From assembly GCA_964035545.1 (NCBI GenBank), contig OZ037765.1, forward strand, positions 28,953,504-29,017,503: a stretch of 64,000 nt of DNA. The letters are read 5' to 3'. Below the pieces are notes generated by a model. It ran no database searches and was not told the origin of the DNA. It saw nothing but the letters and a program-made list of their open reading frames with translations. A program made the translations under genes and the position numbers. Source of the DNA: Bugula neritina (Eukaryota; Animalia; Bryozoa). Shown here in pieces: positions 40,880 through 53,664 of the stretch (the first letter of the stretch is position 1; each line of letters opens with the position of its first letter).

Positions 40880-43800
40880 ATGGGCTCAAATCTAGAACAA
40901 GGTAAGATTGAAGTAATGTTGTCGATGATTAGTGGCGTTGTGTATATAAACATTTTAAAACCTGTATACCTGTATCTATCCAGCTAACTGTCTGTCAGTA
41001 AAAAATCTTGGTCGACAAGCTATAAAACAGTTTATAGGCTATACAATTTAATAGTTGTTATTACAGTGTAGTCACAGCCTAAGATTGAGGGTTAGTTTAT
41101 CTTTAACTAATATATTTTCCCCTTAGTGTAGTACCACATGTTATGTGGTGTGCTTCATAAACTATTTTTCTTAATGTTCTACTTCTAAACTCATTCTAGT
41201 ATTTGGAGCTATTTATGTCAAAGGAATGAAATTTGTTTAAATCCAGGTTAAATACCATGCATGCAGTTTGAATCAATTTAAATAAAAAGTGAATAATTTT
41301 CATGAGCTATAAGTGAGTACTATTTTTTCAAAACCTCCAAGTTTAGAATTGTTTTTTATAATCTCCAATATATTTGGTATTTTTCTCATGTAAGAGTTTA
41401 CTATACACAGTGAAGTAAAATTATAGCTTATGCTTTCTTTAATTGCACTGCAGTGCTTACAGTAAACTATTGTTATGTATTGTGGTATTAAAATAGCAAA
41501 TATTACAGTAGCTTATTTAAACATAGCAAAACAAAATGACATGTCACAAGCAGTTTGTCCTAGAAAAGGCCTTCTACTACTTCGGTTGAACTAAAAAGTT
41601 TAAAACTTGTTGATTATGAATCCTTACTTCCATTATCATGATTCATAATATAAATTTGGAGCTGCTAATTGTAAAGAAAATTTTAATAAGGAGTAATGCA
41701 ATTAAACTGTTGCTAACAGGTATAGGTGTATTTACTTTAGCTATTAAAGTTTACTATTAACTTAGTTTCTTTTTTAACCATTTTTGTACAACTAAAATCA
41801 AATGATCCATCTTCAAATAATTTAGTATAGATATGTGCAACTTGTTTGCAAGACATGTAAATTGCAGTCAACTTAAATATTATTTATCCATTAAATAATA
41901 TGCAAAAAGAATGTTGTATATAGTTATATATATGTGCAGCTATTAAAGATGTTTTGTGAATAAAAAATTAATCTTAAATGTGACTAAGTTAATAATGACA
42001 CCCACACACATGCTCATGCATCTTTGGTGCAAACTGTTTTAACAAATCAATAAATCAATCTTTAAAAAATGATATCATTGTCGCTTTTAAGTTAGTTGCC
42101 ATTGCAGCTGATAAACTATATTATATCCGTGCATAGTATTTGCTTATTACTATTTCAAACCTATCAAAAGTATTTGAAACATTTGATTTTATGCATTATT
42201 GGGCTTTAAAAAAGAGCAGGCATTTAACACGTCTGCGCCTAGTTAAATCTAAGATATTTAAAGCTAGAACAGCTGCATATGCTTTATAGCAGCAAGTCTT
42301 TATTTCTACAATCTATGTAATTGAATTGTTATAGTATTTTAGCTATAAAATACTGACAGAGGGGAAACTAGACATTTATATACAAGATAAAATGGCACAC
42401 AACAGATTGTGGATGCCACCAACTTGGCTAATGTGCATTTTCTTTTGGTCTGGAACTGTTCTTGTATCCACTGGGGCAATTCTCTTTATTAGAGAGCATC
42501 ATGAAGGAGAAGCAACTAAGCAGTAAGTAGAAATGTTCACATTGTTCTACACACAAACACATATACAAATATTTATAAATGCTATATATAATATAATGTT
42601 ATTATTTAACTAAAGTGTTCAGCAACAATTTTTTTTAAGATCTTATATGTTAATCCAGCACTACTTTGTTGAATTGTCAACTAGATGTCTTGCCATGTTG
42701 TAATGATATGTATACGCTAAAACAATATTACACTCAAAAACTTTGAATTTACATTATTTAGTACTCAGAAAGTTTAACTTTAGTTTGGCTGTACAGCGAG
42801 ATAAAAATTAACTTTCTTTCTGGATTTTTATTTAGAAATTCACATGAACTTAAACTATTATGTGATATTTTGAAACATTATAAGAGTATCAAGCATTAAT
42901 ATGATTTTGTTTTATATTATTTTCTAATTTGTAAATATAACTAGTGAATGACTATGAGCAATAGTCAATACTTTGCAAATAGCTAAAGATTCAATGATAG
43001 CAATTATTTCCTATATTATGTTGTTGAAGGTTATATATGTAGCAAAGTACATAATGCAAGGTATGGCAACTAATTACGCATAGCTACATAGTTGCCAAGT
43101 TTATGCTACGCTGTTATAAGCTAGATGAAGTGCTGCCTTTCATACAGCATGTAGATGTAAACAGAGCAAAGTTTAATAACTGCCATTAGCATAATTGTTA
43201 TGGCACTAATGAGCAGAAGAAAGCATTTGTATGCATAAAGAAGGAATTATTTGTATGCATACATGCCATTCCATGTATACAATGTGTAGCACATACTGTG
43301 TACCATTTTTATAGCACAATAAAGATTCAAGTTGCTATCAACTTACAGCTAAACCATCTATGAACTTGTAATCAAAGATTTATATTTATAAATTAGAATC
43401 TTTATAACCTAAAAAAGCAAAATGGTATATTATACAGTAGTAGTCAACAACAACTAAAGTGTACAATTTCTAGCCTAGAAAACTTCTATAGTATATTCTA
43501 CATTTCTTTATGATTATTGACAACAGCTAAAATTGAGTTGATCATTTCAAAAACTGGGGCCCTTCTGTAACAAAATGGTCTTGTTAGCTGGTTTTATTTG
43601 TTATAGAGTTGTATGTGCAACTATTCAATATAATTATATGTATTGCCTATTTGATTTCCTTGCAAGGTGGGTTTAAATTAGTTCAGTACTGCTGTTGGAT
43701 TTATCTAATTTTCTATAATGAGTAGAATTTAAGCAAAACTGTATTTATTTTGTAGAGCTTTTTTCATATGTGCAGTGGTATCAACAATTATTGGAGTTAT

Positions 43801-43903
43801 ACTCCTCATGGTATACTTCATTTTCTGTACCATTTCCTTTGTCTGCTACTGTGGCTATGAGGTTCAGCAAGATACAAGACTAAAGAATTCTTTTGATGCC
43901 TAG
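40880..43903 (+). CDS. Unrecognised small two-pass membrane protein, 110 aa (92 aa if started at ATG 42392)
   Basis: Three phase-compatible exons: 40880-40901 (donor GTAAGA), 42360-42522 (acceptor GACAG, donor GTAAGT), 43756-43903 (acceptor TTTTGTAG, TAG); 333 nt. Translation MGSNLEQEGKLDIYIQDKMAHNRLWMPPTWLMCIFFWSGTVLVSTGAILFIREHHEGEATKQAFFICAVVSTIIGVILLMVYFIFCTISFVCYCGYEVQQDTRLKNSFDA. In-frame TAA immediately precedes the first ATG. AATAAA at 44365. Confidence 0.75.
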
Positions 43904-45667
43904 AGAAGTATTTGTGTAATTTGTAAAAATGATATGTATGAACATTAATCTGCCTAGCAGCAGTTGCCATGTAATGTATTATAATATTTTTGCAACTCAA
44001 GTTGTATAGTCAGTTTTTCAATAATTTGGGTGAAGTTGTTAATTTAAGGAAAACCATGTGTAACATGCAAAAACTGTTCTTAGATAAGTGTGTAACATAT
44101 TCAGCATATTGTACAAAGCAGTGGAGGAATTCTACTAATTATGCTATACATACTTAGATGATTGTGTTATATTATGACTATCTTGTTACATTGCATTTAT
44201 CGGCTTTTACATTCAGTTTTATTCTTATACCATACATTAATTATTAAGTCATGATTGAGGTTACAACACTTGACTTAAATACATACTCTATGAACCTATA
44301 ATCTTTTTATTCATATGTATTATATTAACACAATGCATTGAGATATTTCCTATTTTACTTGGTCAATAAATAGCTGTTAATCAATTGAGAGGTTTAAAGC
44401 AAGAAAAAGTATAGCAGTGACTGTTAACAAAAGAATGATCGGAAACAACCATTATTTTTAGCTTTCAAGGTTTAAAAAACTGTCTATGTCATCTACACTC
44501 AACTTAGTTTCTGGAAGTTCAATTATTTCACACTAGCTTGGATCAAGTACAATTTAATGGATGAATTATCCCCTTTCCTTATATAATCTATTGAGCCTAA
44601 TAAAACTCTACCAATGAAGACTTACACTCAGTTAACCAAACTACACATTTCAAAAACCTTGAGTTATCACGACAGTCAAGTGCTTTCATTAGTAAATTTG
44701 CATTTAAGTGTACAGCTCTATTTACAACAATCCCAGCTGCAAAAATGACATATTCATACCACTTCAAGTAAAGTAAACGACTATTGCTTGGTTACTTCTG
44801 TATTTTTGATAATAATTTGTATTTTGAAAATGACCATCTCACTAAAGGCCATAATTGCTGATAAATTATCAAAGTACTACTCAATGCACGAGTATAGAGT
44901 TGTCTACACATTGTTGGAGTTGCCATATTTATTTTCACCCTAGATATCCTTTCTATTATTTTATTTCTGAAAGTTATTTATAAGTAATGGTTCCATCACA
45001 CTAGTAATTAATTTAGTTCCTCATACCGACAAAGATGTCTACAAGTACATCTACCAACTTATTAAATTTGCTATAAGAATATTGATGAAGTGCAGAGATG
45101 CAAGTTTTCAATTAAGGCTCACCTATTTGATAGAAGTAAATACTGTGAAGATATTGAATGCTAAACATATAAAAAGCCAACATATGAATCCTGATTCTAA
45201 ATATCAATATATTTATATGAACAAACAGTAGGAATAAGTGAGCACTTTTATTACGTTATTAAAAAATAGTACAAATGCATGCATCTGGCCATAATAATCT
45301 GTACCTAGTTGGTGATAACCAACCAGCGAGAAGAAAAGCTGTTCTACCATCACCACAATGGCCAATAATCATTATACTTTCATGATAGTGTAAACAGAGG
45401 AGTATTATGGAACAGGGTCACACAAATCCTAAAGATTATATAATAATAACCTTACATTGTAAGTAAACAAATTGTGTAAAAGTGATAGTGCACTAGCAAA
45501 CACTATTCAATACTATATCCTAGAAAATCCGATGGAGCTATGAGCTGCACAAAATGACCTTACAGTCTTCAATGTCGCCTTCTAACCATCTCTCAGCCAA
45601 ACCATTGCTCACAAGTAGTTATAAATACAAGCTCAAAAATACAATAACTAGTGTGAAAAGCTAAGCA

Positions 45668-48600
45668 TCAAGGTTGGGGGTGTGGAGGGGCTCCCCCAAA
45701 GTTAAAAGAATTTGGTACACTAACATTCTGAAACTGGTAACCTCCCAGCATCTCAATCTTCTTTGACTCTAAAAGTAAAAAGACTGGCATATAAAAAGGC
45801 CAAATAGCACTTCTCTCAAGAACAAATTGATTACGGAACATGGTTATGTAAAACATTTCAAACTCGTATATGCATTTGTCAATCAGAAAATCTCAACACC
45901 ATTATTCAGTGGAGTAGCCAAGGTGCAAGAGAAACTGCTACATGACGCCTGCACTTTCTCACACTGATAGACCAGATACCGTAAGGGGATACGGCACAAA
46001 GGGAGGGAGGGAGGGAGGGGAGCTCACCTTCTACTGCCCTGCGCTGATCAGCCATTGTAATTATCTCCTGCACTTCTTTTTGCTGGTCTTTGTCCAAATG
46101 ACCAGTTAAGGAGGAATACCATCCAGGGTCTTCTGTGTGCAGACCTGCAGAATTACAGAGTCTATCTATGGGAACACAAGTTATAATGAAGGAAGGTGAA
46201 ACAAAGTGCTAGCAAGTATCCTGTAGGAGTCCATTCACGGGTGACACTGGCAAAGTGTCACCCCGGACAAGTTCTCCAAGTTAATATAGCCCAAAGGCAG
46301 ACCACAATGACAGCTAGAAAGTCTGTCGTGTGACATGAATACACCCGGGCACATACTCTACACATAGCAGATCCTACACGCAGTAGACACAAAGAGAGAT
46401 ACATGTAGAGATACCTACTCGACAAGACCTCTTTGAATATTACATATTCATCAACATCACAGGACGCTGACTCCAGAACAGACTCGTACATCTCCAACGC
46501 TGTCTCGTATTCATCCTCGTCACCTTCACTGTCCTCGTCACTGTCATCATCATCCTAGAATAAGGTGTATAGTCAGCTGCTAAGAGAACTGTACACAGCG
46601 TGCTACATAAGCCTGCATGCATTTGTTTAGTGGTAAGACAATAACTACTATATACAACAAATCTATATAAATTCACACAACTTCCAGCTGGCAGTTATTG
46701 TACAAATATTGCCTTGTCGAAAGTCTTCCAGTGGATAAAGGCATTTGTCCCACCAGCAGATGGTCAACACATGGGACACTCTCCATACCTGGAAGAACTT
46801 CTTACAAAAAGTTTTTTTTATAAGGCAGCTAATGACTGTGTATCTGAAGCATAGGAACAATTATGACAGGTTGCTCTTGCTGACAACACCAATAGCCCTG
46901 GCTGGGACTAGGACTGCTGCCGCAGACCAACACGAGCAACCTACCCCGTTATTCAGGCCGTCAACGTAATCGGCATCCTCGTTGACATCATCTTCGTCAT
47001 CCTCCAGCTCGTCGGGCACAAAGTCGTCTCCACCTTCGTCCTCGTCGTCGTCCTCATTGTCTAGCGTCTTGTTCACGTCAGCCCGGCCTATTACAAACAA
47101 CCAAACAGAAAATAGAGCACGAAACTCTAGAGCCGCAAGTCTTCAATTACGCGGTGGATATCAAGAAACAACTTTACAATATCCAGCACACCCTACAGTC
47201 TACACGGACAACATTCAAACAGGAGGAACCAAAGTAAATCACACAAATGAGAAACAATCACTTTACTTACAGGAAGTGTTTGAATTGATATCTGCGTGAA
47301 GTAAAGAGTAAGACAAGGTGAAATGAGACGATACGTGATAAAGACACCTGCAATTTACAGATGAGTGGCTGATGCACAGAATATATAAATGAAGACATCT
47401 TACTTTGATAAGCTTTCTTCAGGCCCCTGAATATGAGGAGAGCGGCAGGCAGTATCTGACTGGCCACCTGTGTGACAATCTCTGGCCGGTTGTGAGGAGT
47501 ATTCATGAGACAGCACAGCCCCAGCACACACATCTTCCTGTCGTGCAACCTGTGACAGACAAGGTAAGGTGCTTGTGACAGGTGCTTACCAACTGTCAAC
47601 ACATTCAAACATGGCAGAGGCAGGTATCGTGTAGCAGACTATTCACGGGTGAAACTGACAAGAGTGCCACCTCGGACAATTCATCTTCCGTTAGTATAGC
47701 CCAGAGTACTGAGTGAGACAACTAAAGTTACCTCACAGAACAGAGATTCGGGCTGATTGTGTATGGCTGAATTGATGGTAAAGTAATGTCGCACATACCC
47801 CAGGAAGACGTCGCAGTCGTGTAGCCACTGCTTAATAAACTGTTCAGTCACAGACTGCTCTGATATCTGCAGACTATTGAGCATTTCAAAGAGCATTGGA
47901 GGGTTATAGTAGAGGGCAGCAATCACCACCTGCAGGCACATAGCCCGCAGTTCTGCAGTCTTTACTTCTCTCGTGAGACGCTCTAAGGCTAAGCTGATGA
48001 ACAGAGATACCGCCTACAACACGCACAGAGTGGAACCCATCATTTGCTACATACATCAGCTAACGCCAGACAAGTCACATCAGTTACATGAGAGAGGGAG
48101 GGAGGGAGAGAGGAAAACTCACGCTGTCTATCTGGCCTTTATACTGCAGCAAGAGTATTTCTATTAGCTTGGCAGCATGACATTCTGCATCTTCACCGCT
48201 GTCGGTGGTGAGAATTGTCTTACACATGTTGTAGATGATTTCCAGGTGCTTGGGATCCGAGGAGAACTTCTCCGGATCCACTGTGACATAGTTGTGAAGG
48301 CAGGGCATCATTTCTACAATCATATACAGTAGTATATACATACTGCACACATATACAGTAGTATACACATACTATACACATATACAGTAGTATATACATA
48401 CTATACACATATACAGTAGTATACACATATTATACACATATACAGTAGTATACACATACTATACATATATACAGTAGTATATACATACTATACACATATA
48501 CAGTAGTATACACATACTATACACATATACAGTAGTATACACATACTATACATATATACAGTAGTATACACATACTATACACTGTATACAACACGAATAT

Positions 48601-51600
48601 CTACACTAATTTAGCCAGGAAGAGGCTAACTCACCTGTGAAGTAATCATAGCCATCATTCTTAAACATCTCATACAGCGAGTCAAATATTCTCCACATGG
48701 CATCACTGATGGTGATGCTAGTCAGCACGTGGATATGCGACAGGATTTCTTCATAGTATTCTAGAATGAGAGACCACAGCATAGACATCATACAACTGTG
48801 TGAGTATGGAAACAGAGTTGTATCACATCAGCATAGCATGTAGCTATTGAGTACTAGTTACTTGAACATGCATATACCAAACAAGAGCACACAACTACTA
48901 GCTAAATCTTCATTAATGTTCAAATGTACTAACCCATGCTTTGTGTGGTTATAATAAATCCTATAATTTGCAATATGATTGGTTCGACTTGAGCAAGCAC
49001 TTCTTTAGATTCGTCAATGACTGTGAGAATTGACTCGATTGTGTTCAACACTCCCATAGCTACAATCACTTTGTCATCACTGTCACCAGAATCATCATCA
49101 CTCTCAACAACCTGTTACATAATAGCATATATTTGCATACTCAAAATCAATACTTGGTAAAAGTATTGATAGAAGGTATTTTGTGTATCATGATTCATTG
49201 TGTAAACAGAATTCTAAAGATCACATGTGCTAATTATATACGTAGTAGGACCAAGTAAATCAAGAAATGGCCTGTGTTTATATATAAACACTACCTTCAA
49301 AGTGAATAGTTATATGAAACAGGTGCTTGTGTATTAGAGAAACCTCTTTTTGCCTAAGAAAATGTGGTTTTGTGAAAAATAAAATGCTCATACAACAATC
49401 AACTAACAATATTTTCAAAGTGACTTTAAAGAGGTGACCAAATGAATGGTTTTTACTCTTTTTTCATCATGTTATTTTTTTCTAAAAAAGTTCATAATAT
49501 AAAAAAGATGCCTTTTGCCCGTCAATTAGTACAATAAACCCCCTAGTAACCCAAACCCTGCCGCCACACAACACATTTCCAAATGATAAAACCAGAGCAC
49601 CTGCTGAAAAATGCCAGCAAGATGAGTGACCATGTCGACAGCGATTGGCAGCACCTCGTCTTGATACTTGATAACCAGCTTCTGTATGACCGCCGTCAGC
49701 TCATCATTCTCCGTCTGCTTCATCAGGTTGAGTAATTCTGTAAATCAGAAGTCCGTAAGAGAATCTAAGAACTGTAGTGTTACTCAGAAGTGTTTGAGGA
49801 GGGCACACACACGCATGCTCACATAGAACATACCGAGCAGAATTGGCTTTATATTGGTTTGAATGTACTGGTAAGCGGCGGTGTGATATTCTATGAGCAT
49901 CTGAAGAGCGATTGCAGCCTCCACTTTAACCGGCAACTCCTTGTCATCACAGAGACACTGCCTTACCATCTCCACGGCCGTGCCAAGGTTACTCATGTCC
50001 GAGAACTTCGTATTCACAAAATGTTGCAGTGCCCAGCACGCCTACGGAAGAGAAAGATATTAACTGTGGTGGGTCAAATCAAGAGAATTAGCTGTCAAAT
50101 CAGAGAAATGACTAAATTATGCCGACAAAGCAAAGCTCGGGCTAAGCTGTACTAACCCTGGCTCTAAGGAATCCATGCTCACTCTTGAACTCTGGGTACA
50201 CGTAATTAACCAGTAGATTTTCAACTTGTGCTTTATAGAGATCTTTCTACAATGTACACGCAACCAGTGCTTTCATATAGAAGAGGATACAATGAACAAG
50301 TGCTGATCGACAACACAGAAAACTGAACCTTCAATATTAGTGCAAATTATACCTTGAGTAGAATGGTACTGAGTGCCCCCAACATGTGAAGAATGCCATC
50401 CTTCTGTCTACCAGTGACAGCTCCCTTCTGACCAGTGAGCACCTGCATACAGAACTCAACAGTGTTGTTGAGCACCTGCTGTCTCTTGCCAGCCGAGTTG
50501 TGAAGCAGAGTCTGAGCTGCCATGGCAGGTGACAGGTACTCCTCAAACACATCTAATAATAAACTGATCACATGACATGTGCACAGATATAAGTAGATAT
50601 AATAATAACCTGCATTGCTGGTGGTGTAATAACAGCTAACATAGGATATTACAAGGCACTTTCCCTCTTCCTGACTATATGGCCGGGTGATAGTAAGTAC
50701 TGTATAGATAAGTAACTAAGTAACCGTTACTTTAGTTCATACAGTAGGAGAATCATCCATAAAGGTAGATAGAAAGTCTGCCAGATGACATATTAATAAC
50801 AGGGCAAGAGAAACTTACCATACTTAGTTCGGATGTACTCAATAGGATCTGATTCCCACATTTCCTGATCATCATCACTGTGACAGAGGAGAGGGAAAAT
50901 CACATCAACTATGACAGTCTGCGAGAATACAATACAATACAGGTGAGGAGATATGTGCAATGAGTAGAGCTTGGTATAGTTCAGCAAGAGTGATGATATA
51001 AGACAATCCTACCTGTATGTGTGGCTTTATCACCTTCCACGATGAAGCATGGTCTACCCTACAGCACCAGGAAAGACAAGTTTAGACAGAGAAATAATAG
51101 AAATGGTGAAAACTCATGCTACAGTCTAGCAGTTGATTATAAGACAAGAGAGGAAAGAAAGAAGACCCACGAGTGGTTGAGGTAGTTGAGACTTTGCTGG
51201 AGAACCCGGGGAGCTACAAACTGCTGCTGTCTGTACGAGTCCAACAACTTCATTATCAGCGCCAGAGTAGTAGCTACAGAAAACACAATAATTATGCAAC
51301 TTTGTCCTCTAAGGTGAGCAGAACTAATAGACCAGAAATAGATGAGATTATCTTACCTGGGAATGTTCTCAAATACCATTCAGCAAACTTGTTATATGTT
51401 TTACCCACACTCCCTGGACTACCATACCTGTGAATAGAGGTGAACACAATGATCTTCTGCCACTGCTACCACTACTACCGCTACTACTACTACTGCTAGT
51501 CATCAGTGATATCTTTAGTATTACTCAATACTAGAGCTACAAGTGCTGGTAAATATCAGTCATTAGTGCTCACATTTACTACTAGAAAAGACCTGAAAAG

Positions 51601-53284
51601 CCACAGAAGATAAGTAATGTCAACTATGCATGTTCATCTTTGTGGAGGAAAAAACCAGACAACAATAAATGAGTCCAATATATGCACAGTATGCACACCG
51701 ACCTTTCAAAGGTTCGCACCATAATGTGGAGACACCACTTTTTAGCTTTCCACCAAATTGTTTCAGGCAGGTCATCTGGATCTACCTGCGCTAGTTCAGC
51801 AGGTAGAGGTTTGGCTAGTATCTCCTTTGTGACTTCCATCCATTGTGCGAAAGAGTCCCGAGTGATAAGATCAAGCGATAGACAGAATTGTATCAGGGAA
51901 TAGAAGCATTTGAGAATCTGAAATGAAAACAACATATTCACAATGCATAGAATATTATTGAAACTAAGAAGCTGATTAATATGCATATTGCTTATTAAAT
52001 AACCTGCTTTTGAAGAGTAACTGAAGCTTCTGAGTTATCAGCACTGGCAAGCTGTTTGCATCGTGTCAATATAAGAGGTAAAATGTGTGTCATTGCGGCG
52101 TTTAAAGCACCTCGCTCTGAATTCGTTTTATACCTACAACAGAATCAGTGTTTTAGGTGCCCAAAAAGCATATTGTAAAATATATTTCTATATAGACACA
52201 AATATATAAAATATGTAAACAGATAAACGTACTCATAATATTTGATTAGCTGGTGCAAGCAAACTAGAGCACCGAGCCAGGTACTAGTGTTATCAGACTG
52301 AAGATGGTGTATGATATGCTCCACTATTTCAGGCCATCGGTCAGGGAAATCATGCTTGATCATCCCGGATATGACAAGAGAGAGCTGTGTTCTAAAAAGA
52401 TATTTACAGAATGTTGTACTTCCAAAGATGAAGCTAATGCTAACCACATTAAAACTTAACTAAATAGCTAACATTGCGTACCTTATAGGCAAGGGTGATG
52501 CTATGACAGCATTGACCACATTCTGTCGAAGTACAGCTTTGTCCATCTCATGTATGCAGAAAGGTATAGGATCATTCAGATTTTCTCTTTCCCTAACCTC
52601 CCAGGAGCTGATGATTAGATTCTTTAAATAAATGCTACCTGCAAGTGATGCAAATGTGTAGTGAGGCTACGCTATTGTGAAATGCTCCCTAATGAATTCA
52701 CCAATAACAGACACCTTAGCAAAACTTACCTGCTTGTCGTACAGGCATTGGAAGCTGATCTGATCCAACAATTTGCAGCAGAACTGGAGAAAATCCAATT
52801 ATTTTATGCATCTGTAAGCAAATAAAACACATTATTGGTACACTTATGATAATGATGAACTAATAATAAATATATAGTCAACCGCTAACAGTAACTTTAT
52901 TTTGGAAGTCCAAATTAAATAGTAACTGATAATATTAATTGCAACACGTCTTAAAATTAGGTCACTTCAAAATAGATATATCTATAATTAAAATGAAAAA
53001 TAAAGGTTAAACAGTTACTTTAACTATAAGTGAAGAGTAAACAAAAATATTATCTACGATTACTGAGAGTTTCAGTTACTGGTTAGTCAAAAGTGTAAAC
53101 AGACTTTCAATTTTATCAAACACGTGCTCCGCTTTGGATTTTTTTCATTACAAATTTTGACTAGTTCAATTTTTGATTACATAGTGACAGCACTACATAC
53201 TTCGTCAAGTTTTTTACCAGCCGCCTCTTGGAGAGCTGGATCCAATGTGGCTGTCAGTATCTCGATGACATGCCCAAACTCCAT
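45668..53284 (-). CDS. IPO7: Importin-7 (IPO7/IPO8, Drosophila moleskin orthologue), about 1044 aa
   Basis: 23 exons, 3135 nt: 53284-53201, 52811-52730, 52638-52482, 52391-52233, 52133-52004, 51917-51703, 51427-51357, 51273-51171, 51058-51013, 50918-50819, 50552-50353, 50246-50157, 50041-49834, 49737-49601, 49111-48934, 48760-48635, 48313-48123, 48013-47799, 47549-47404, 47087-46945, 46554-46419, 46144-46028, 45768-45668. Motifs [12 protein letters not shown] (IBN_N), [52 protein letters not shown], acidic stretch, [13 protein letters not shown]. Confidence 0.97.
46219..46350 (-). ncRNA. Intronic H/ACA box snoRNA candidate A (IPO7 intron 21, sense to host)
   Basis: On - strand: hairpin GCCC...GGGC, H box AUAUUA (plus 46282-46287), hairpin GGAG-[UUGUCCG]-GGGUGACACU/AGUGUCACCC-[GUGAAU]-CUCC, then ACA plus 3 nt (plus 46222-46224). 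132 nt long; upper stems end 15 nt before the H box and 14 nt before ACA. Confidence 0.8.
47627..47754 (-). ncRNA. Intronic H/ACA box snoRNA candidate B (IPO7 intron 18, sense to host), paralogue of A
   Basis: On - strand: hairpin AGCCC...GGGCU with upper stem GUGAGGUAAC/GUUGUCUCAC, H box AUACUA (plus 47692-47697), second hairpin with the same pocket UUGUCCG / CCCGUGAAU, then ACA plus 3 nt (plus 47630-47632). 128 nt long; same 15/14-nt spacing. Confidence 0.78.
48321..48581. repeat. 29-bp minisatellite, 9 copies, IPO7 intron 16
   Basis: Unit CATATACAGTAGTATAYACATACTATACA. Confidence 0.95.
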
Positions 53285-53664
53285 CTTTTTTATTACTAAA
53301 AAGGCTTTCACTTTGAATGAATTTCTTCTCGTAAGATGGAGTGTGACAAAGGCAGTACCTAATGATGGTAAGCTCAAGTTCTATAGTTATTAGTTTTTTA
53401 AAGACAACATAACCTATATTCTTGGTTCTAACGGGGTATTTATAAAGCAAAGGCTAGGTAAACGTCGCATTAGCGGAAACAGGTTTAGCGCATAATCGCG
53501 CTCCAGTTTCAATTTCCTATGCGCCTGCAGACTATAGTATCATTTTATATTAACTTTCGCTTTGAGTTGTAGAAGTCGTAGTAAACATTATTTATTATTT
53601 TATCACATTTCCAATCCATGTTTTACTAATTTAGTTATTGTTGTGTTTTTGTAAACTTCAAGAA
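53285..53664. promoter_or_regulatory. Compact bidirectional promoter IPO7 (-) / PLEKHA-like (+)
   Basis: Start codons only 380 bp apart (53284 on -, 53665 on +). Local CpG cluster at 53461-53530 with GCGGAAAC (ETS-like) and TGCGCCTGCA (NRF1-like). Confidence 0.7.

Noticed and set aside
45906-45967. Hairpin in IPO7 intron 22 resembling an H/ACA 5' domain
   Set aside because: Followed by AUAAUG rather than ANANNA, with no convincing second hairpin and ACA box.
46982-47299. Ser-rich + strand ORF (105 aa)
   Set aside because: Antisense of the GAY/GAR-rich acidic exon of importin-7.
10045-48426. Repetitive-peptide ORFs (10045-10248, tail of 32114-32665, 34727-35011, 34773-35030, 48220-48426)
   Set aside because: Translations of intronic minisatellites. 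They are also not CRISPR arrays: there are no unique spacers and the context is eukaryotic.
49464-51506. C-box-like (R/C)TGATGA on the - strand in IPO7 introns 14 and 6
   Set aside because: No CTGA D box at a suitable distance downstream.
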